DNA from: a virus
Lineage: Duplodnaviria; Caudoviricetes
Virus record (IMG/VR): IMGVR_UViG_3300048891_000010
Location: 1-28,937 of that record
DNA length: 28,937 nt
Direction: 5' to 3' (one strand)
The position numbers and the translations under genes were made by a program. Positions 24,432-28,937 of the stretch are shown here, one piece after another. Numbering within the stretch: position 1 is the stretch's first letter; the number at the start of each line of letters is the position of its first letter. The notes under the pieces were generated by a model. The model worked only from the letters and a program-made list of their open reading frames with translations. It was not told where the DNA came from and ran no database searches.

Positions 24432-27036
24432 CTTCATCGAAGGCCTTTTGCATAGCCAAAATTGACAGCCTGTCCGCCCATGACGAGGGGATCGGCTTGT
24501 TCGGTTTTTCGTCGTCGCTGCTCATTCCGATCTTGCGGCCCTTGAGGTTGAAGGCCTCGGTCTTGTGCATGTCCCGCCAGTAGCGCATGCCGTCCATGTT
24601 GAGCCCGATGCCGGCGTAATAGCGCCGCGAGTTAGTCCGCAACTCCTTGCTGTTAACGGCAATGCGGGCATCACCAAAGGCCGACAACGCCGTACCGATC
24701 GCATCACTCGACGGGATCCTGGCATCGTCGCCCTTGTTTTCCAGCCACCAAACCGAGAAAGCGCCGGCAAAATCCGGTGTTGAGATCATGCTGTTGCGAT
24801 CGAACGCGACACACTCCTCGATGAAGCCGGCGACCAGGTTGCTGTCGCGTACGACATTGTCGGCCTCAGCCTTGACCTCGTCGGGAGTGATGAAAAACCC
24901 GCGGATCAGACACCGCTGCAGACCGGCGATCGCCCAGGCAAGGAGCCCCTCCATCTCGGTGTCGATGACTAGGTCGGCCGGGCCGGCATAGCCCTGCCGC
25001 TGTGCGATCGCGGCAACGCCGACCGGGGCGTCCTGTTTGAACTGCTTGCGACAGCGAATGATGATCATGCGCTCGGCCATGGCCCGCGTCGCTTCCTTGA
25101 ATTGCGGTTTGTGATTGGTGCCCCACAGGATTGGTGCTCGCACCCGGCGACTGAGGAAAGGGCCGTTCTTCACGTTGATACTAATCTCGTCGCCGCTGAT
25201 GATCGACTTGACCACCGACGAGAAGAACCAAGCGCCCTGGTCGAAGGCCTCGTGCAGCAGCCACGGCCGCCGCTTCTCAAACGGCATCAGGCCGTGCGTC
25301 CCATCGAGCGACTTGAACGGCGTCTTGTTGCTATCCTTGCCAAACATCCGCGCCATGACGTCGAGCAGACCGGACTTGGCGGTGTCGTTGGTACCCCAGA
25401 ACACGAGCGCCTTTGACAGCGCCTTGCCGCGCGCGTCGATGAGGCCGGCGCCGAGGATCTCCTGCAGCAGCGCGATCAGCTCGCTGCGCACAACATCGTT
25501 CCGGTCACCGAGGGCGTCGTTCATCATGCGCAGCCAGTTCGGGCAGCGCGCGGCCGGGACGTAATCGCATTCGATACGCCACGTTGCGTAATGCTCGGGC
25601 GCCGGCGACGTCAGCTTATTGGTGCGTGGATCCACCAGGCCGGACCTGGTCGGCACCATGCCGTGATTGTCGAAGGCAACGTCGGTGCGGTGCAGCTCGG
25701 GCTGGCGCATGATCCAGGCGCGCGCCTCGTTGATTAGCCGCTTGTCGCTCTGCAGCTCGAGCCCCACTGCGCCAGCCTCGAGCTGGGCGTCGAGCCATGC
25801 GGTCAGCTCCTTGTCGAGGACCAGGCGCCACAGGTTGTCAGTGTAGCGGTAGTTGCCGTTGCTGGTGAACAGCAGCAACTTGCCGCGCTCGCGCAGCACC
25901 TCGAGGACAGTCTTGGCTAGTACGATGTGCTTTTTAGCCTTGTCCTGCTTGGGCGCCGGCTTGGGTTTGGCCTGCGCGCGGGTACGCGCCTCGCCCAGGT
26001 CAACGACGTTTTTAATTTCGTCGCTTTTTTCGCGGTCATATTGTCCAGCTTCTTTGCGGTCGGGCTGGCCGTCTTTCGGGTGCTTCTCCAGCCAGGTCAG
26101 GCACATCTTGAAGATGTCACGCTCTTCCTTTTTCCAGTTCCACTTCACGCCGGCGCCGGCGGCTGCCTTCCTGGTGGCGGCGAGTAGGGTCTTGACCACC
26201 TCGTGATCGAGGCTGCCGCGCTCGAGCAGGGCGGCCGACACACTGAGCTGCGTCGCATGGATGTTGCCCAGCGCCATGCCGGCAAGCAGCGCTTCGACGT
26301 CGATCGGCGGCTTGAACCCTTGCGCGGCCGCGGCTGCCAGGAACGGATTGGAAGGCGTTGGAGAAGAAGGCGCGCCGCCGGATGGGTCGGGGGGTCCATC
26401 GGCGACGCGCCGCTGCAGGAGCGGTCTAGTGTTGGTTAGTAGCCACCCCTCCAGATCCTCAAGGGAATACCGATTACCGTGAGTAATCTCCGCTGTCACC
26501 GGCACCCAGCTGTCAAACTTGGTGTTGTGCGTCCCAGGGAGCCGCATCAGGCGGCTGATCTCGGCGACCTGGGTGTCGCCCCCGAAATGGTCGGCCAACG
26601 CACGGAGCGCCGTCTCTAGCCTTTCGCGGTGCACTTGGGCGTCGAGCCCTGCGTGGAACAAATACCAAACATGCAGGCCGTGGCCGGTGTTGACGATGAT
26701 GCTGGGTTTGAGCTTGGCGTGATCGACTTTCGCACGAATGTCGGCCGCCGGTACGCCAGGATGGTCTTTAAAATCAATATCGGTATAGAGGCCGACACTT
26801 TCGGCGATGGTGTCCTTGTTGCGCTTGCCGTTGACAGTGCCGGCGCAAACGAACAGGCCGCGGCCAGGGCGGTCATGCTTGCGGATGAAGGCTGTAACCT
26901 GCTCCGGATCCCGCGTCGCCAGCCGGACCTCACCAGACCCGTCGCGCTCGTTGGCAAGACTAGAGAAGTATATCGGCGCCTGTGTAATCGGATCGCCAAA
27001 TAATTCGGCAATAAAAGCGATCGCTTCTTCGCTCAT
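24322..27036 (-). CDS. Primase-helicase: RepB-like AEP primase fused to D5/SF3 helicase
   Basis: 904 aa. AEP motifs YTDIDF, TGHGLHVWY and RLMRLPGTHN; helicase GTNDTAKS (Walker A variant), LLHE (Walker B), WGTNH (motif C). Confidence 0.85.
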   Translation of the reverse strand: MSEEAIAFIAELFGDPITQAPIYFSSLANERDGSGEVRLATRDPEQVTAFIRKHDRPGRGLFVCAGTVNGKRNKDTIAESVGLYTDIDFKDHPGVPAADIRAKVDHAKLKPSIIVNTGHGLHVWYLFHAGLDAQVHRERLETALRALADHFGGDTQVAEISRLMRLPGTHNTKFDSWVPVTAEITHGNRYSLEDLEGWLLTNTRPLLQRRVADGPPDPSGGAPSSPTPSNPFLAAAAAQGFKPPIDVEALLAGMALGNIHATQLSVSAALLERGSLDHEVVKTLLAATRKAAAGAGVKWNWKKEERDIFKMCLTWLEKHPKDGQPDRKEAGQYDREKSDEIKNVVDLGEARTRAQAKPKPAPKQDKAKKHIVLAKTVLEVLRERGKLLLFTSNGNYRYTDNLWRLVLDKELTAWLDAQLEAGAVGLELQSDKRLINEARAWIMRQPELHRTDVAFDNHGMVPTRSGLVDPRTNKLTSPAPEHYATWRIECDYVPAARCPNWLRMMNDALGDRNDVVRSELIALLQEILGAGLIDARGKALSKALVFWGTNDTAKSGLLDVMARMFGKDSNKTPFKSLDGTHGLMPFEKRRPWLLHEAFDQGAWFFSSVVKSIISGDEISINVKNGPFLSRRVRAPILWGTNHKPQFKEATRAMAERMIIIRCRKQFKQDAPVGVAAIAQRQGYAGPADLVIDTEMEGLLAWAIAGLQRCLIRGFFITPDEVKAEADNVVRDSNLVAGFIEECVAFDRNSMISTPDFAGAFSVWWLENKGDDARIPSSDAIGTALSAFGDARIAVNSKELRTNSRRYYAGIGLNMDGMRYWRDMHKTEAFNLKGRKIGMSSDDEKPNKPIPSSWADRLSILAMQKAFDEGDTSDTYPPKTGDSSIQVSPKVSPMQPFEKSKKPRF

Positions 27037-27054
27037 TGGTCATCCCCCGACAGT

Positions 27055-27084
27055 AAAACCCGACGAGGCGTGGCGCCTCGCCGG
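27055..27084 (-). terminator. Terminator-like hairpin between SSB-like and primase genes (possibly bidirectional)
   Basis: Minus-strand CCCGGCGAGGCG-CCA-CGCCTCGTCGGG followed by TTTT; a T-run also follows on the plus strand. Confidence 0.65.
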
Positions 27085-27100
27085 GACGTTTTTGTTGTTG

Positions 27101-27883
27101 TTAGAAGCGCGGCTTGGTTTTTGCCTTCGCAGCCGGCTGCGCCTTGGCGGCGACTGCGGCAGCAGTGATGACCTTCTTGGCTTGCTTCGCTTTTTTCTCG
27201 ACGCTCGCCGGCGTGTCGGTGACAACGCCGACCTCGTCTACCTCACCCGGTGTGCGCTCATCGCCGGCCGCTTCAACAAACGCAGACTTCTTCACCCAAC
27301 CAACAATCTCAAACATCGGGTACTTGATGCGGCCGTACGACTTGTTCTGGTGCATGTACGAGCCGGTGCCGATCTTGATCACCGGGTAGTCGTTGGGGTG
27401 CTGACGCAGTTGCTTACCGTACTTCACGCACAAGTCACCGACAGCATTGATGCCGCCTTTGCTCGAGGTGGTGAAGGTGTACAGCTCCTCCTCAGTGCCC
27501 TGCAGCAGCAGGTAGTTGGTCAGCTGCCAGGGATCACGGCTGTTGCCGTCGTCGCCAACCTCCCACTGATCCTGATCGTTGTCGCCCAGCTCGTTACGCC
27601 GCGGCGGCTGGTAGCCGTGAACAACCTTGCCCATGACGTGGTCGGTCGGCTTGTTCTGTGACCACCGCACCCACCCCACGAGCAGCTCGTCCATGTTGGC
27701 GATGAAAGTTGAGCCTTCATCGATCGGCTCGTCATCCTGGCCGGCCGTCCAATCTCCCTTGCTGAATTTAAGCAGCTGGCCAACAATCGCCGTCTGCCGG
27801 GTTGCCTCGCCATACTCTTGGAAAAAGTTCAGCCCAGTAGTCCCGACTGCTGTGCTTCCGTTTCCTTTTACGATGTCGTTCAT
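27101..27883 (-). CDS. Putative ssDNA-binding protein
   Basis: 260 aa, LLKFSKGDW...GWVRW...DPWQ...YTFTTSS.GG...Y.H..YG.IKYP.F.IVGW; aromatic-rich; lies between nuclease and primase genes. Confidence 0.65.
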   Translation of the reverse strand: MNDIVKGNGSTAVGTTGLNFFQEYGEATRQTAIVGQLLKFSKGDWTAGQDDEPIDEGSTFIANMDELLVGWVRWSQNKPTDHVMGKVVHGYQPPRRNELGDNDQDQWEVGDDGNSRDPWQLTNYLLLQGTEEELYTFTTSSKGGINAVGDLCVKYGKQLRQHPNDYPVIKIGTGSYMHQNKSYGRIKYPMFEIVGWVKKSAFVEAAGDERTPGEVDEVGVVTDTPASVEKKAKQAKKVITAAAVAAKAQPAAKAKTKPRF

Positions 27884-27906
27884 TGCTTAACGTCCTCTGC
27901 TTGTGT

Positions 27907-28113
27907 TCACAGCAGCGATTGCTGCTGCGGATCCCCGTTACCGGGAATTGGTTTGATTTTTATGTAGTCCTCGAGGATCTCCCTCAGAACACGGATCTCC
28001 TCCTCGGCGTCAGCTCGCGTCATGCGGCCGGCGCGCACGTACTTTGGGTACACAATTTTGCGCAGCGCCAGTTCACGGGCGAGGCATTTTATTTTGCGGG
28101 CGACATCGCTCAC
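27907..28113 (-). CDS. Small hypothetical protein
   Basis: 68 aa, C..RELALR..VYP..V..GRM...A..EI; GTGA overlap with the nuclease stop; ends in QQQSLL. Confidence 0.7.
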   Translation of the reverse strand: MSDVARKIKCLARELALRKIVYPKYVRAGRMTRADAEEEIRVLREILEDYIKIKPIPGNGDPQQQSLL

Positions 28114-28937
28114 GGCGACACCGAAATGGTCAGCCGATCTGTTGGCTCGCCGACAGTCTGATACTGCTCGACGTCGACGCCAGCCTTGGCGGCTGCCTCG
28201 CGGATCGCCTTGTTGTCGTAGCTCTCGCGTCCCTTGACGTTCGTCCAGGAGACAACGCCGGGCACCTTGCGCACACCTTTTTCGCGCAGGCGGTTTTTCA
28301 TGGCGTCTTGTGTGGTCCGCATCAGCGCGTCGCAGGCGTCGCGGCTTCCTTCTGCGGACTTGATGACTTGCGCCATGTCGGTGACCTCGGCGACGAACTG
28401 CTTGTCGAGCGGCTTCTCGTCATCGGTGAACGGCAAATTACGCCGCTCGATGCCGCAGGCTTTGGTGAACGGGCAATACTTGCATTCGTGGCCGCCGGCG
28501 ATCCAGCCCTCGGGCGGGATGCGCTCGAGCGAAGTGTCGGTCATGATGACCGTCGCGCGCCAGTGCGCGGAATTGTAGATGTCTTCGTCAAAGGCAATGA
28601 CAAACTCTTTGCCCTCGCTCCAGAACGAGGCGTCGGTGTAGGAGAGCAGCGCATGCGTCGGCTGGTAGTGTGTCGTATCGCGGATCAGTCCCAGCTGGAC
28701 GATCGTCTGGTAGACGTTTTCGGCCTTAGCATCAGTCAAGTTCGTGCGCGGATCCGCGGTCTTGCATTCGGCCGTGACGCAATCGCCGCATGCGATGTCG
28801 ATCTCTTCGCACTCGTGCTTGTTGAGGTTGATGATCAAGGCATCCGGCGTGGCCGATAAATAATCCTTGGTGAACGTGCGCTGCGATTTGCCGGCAAATT
28901 TTAACCGCTTGCCAAAACGCTTGCGCATCGCCGGCAC
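28110..28937 (-). CDS. PD-(D/E)XK exonuclease, Cas4/YqaJ-like (5' end outside the window)
   Basis: SATPDAL, AECKT and YQ..VQ motifs plus CKYCPFTKAC cysteine cluster. Confidence 0.8.
   Translation of the reverse strand: MPAMRKRFGKRLKFAGKSQRTFTKDYLSATPDALIINLNKHECEEIDIACGDCVTAECKTADPRTNLTDAKAENVYQTIVQLGLIRDTTHYQPTHALLSYTDASFWSEGKEFVIAFDEDIYNSAHWRATVIMTDTSLERIPPEGWIAGGHECKYCPFTKACGIERRNLPFTDDEKPLDKQFVAEVTDMAQVIKSAEGSRDACDALMRTTQDAMKNRLREKGVRKVPGVVSWTNVKGRESYDNKAIREAAAKAGVDVEQYQTVGEPTDRLTISVSP

Noticed and set aside
1-28937. Gene transfer agent or host chromosomal region
   Set aside because: It has its own replication module and a podovirus-type head-tail set, with no host housekeeping genes. 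Prophage versus free phage cannot be decided because no integrase or att site is visible.

Overview
The window is a 29-kb piece of a GC-rich tailed dsDNA phage or prophage with a podovirus (P22-like) virion module. The host is probably alphaproteobacterial: GANTC looks strongly depleted in my partial manual scan, and both -10 elements lack T-7. Nearly all genes are on the minus strand. Read right to left: PD-(D/E)XK Cas4-like exonuclease (partial), small protein, SSB-like protein, RepB-type primase fused to an SF3 helicase followed by a GTGWCAC repeat cluster (probable origin), a divergent promoter pair driving an HTH gene plus membrane peptide one way and three small plus-strand genes the other, small and large terminase, a candidate Acb2/Tad1-type anti-defence protein, and portal. 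An unusual ~8-kb accessory block then separates portal from scaffold: a 561-aa enzyme-like protein, two IPT/Ig proteins, beta-helix and LamG fibre proteins, and a histone-like protein. After it come scaffold, major capsid, adaptor, gp10-like hub, a GNAT-like protein and ejection-type proteins. The most novel signal is a set of short peptide motifs shared between otherwise unrelated proteins: MG(E/D)LARxDxY at both ends of the 561-aa protein, SINEPxGS, RxxIxxAL and C-terminal KPRF. These suggest a tag-based virion cargo-loading or docking system. No integrase, lysis genes, tRNA, CRISPR array or reverse transcriptase was seen. All family assignments come from motif recognition and synteny, not database searches.
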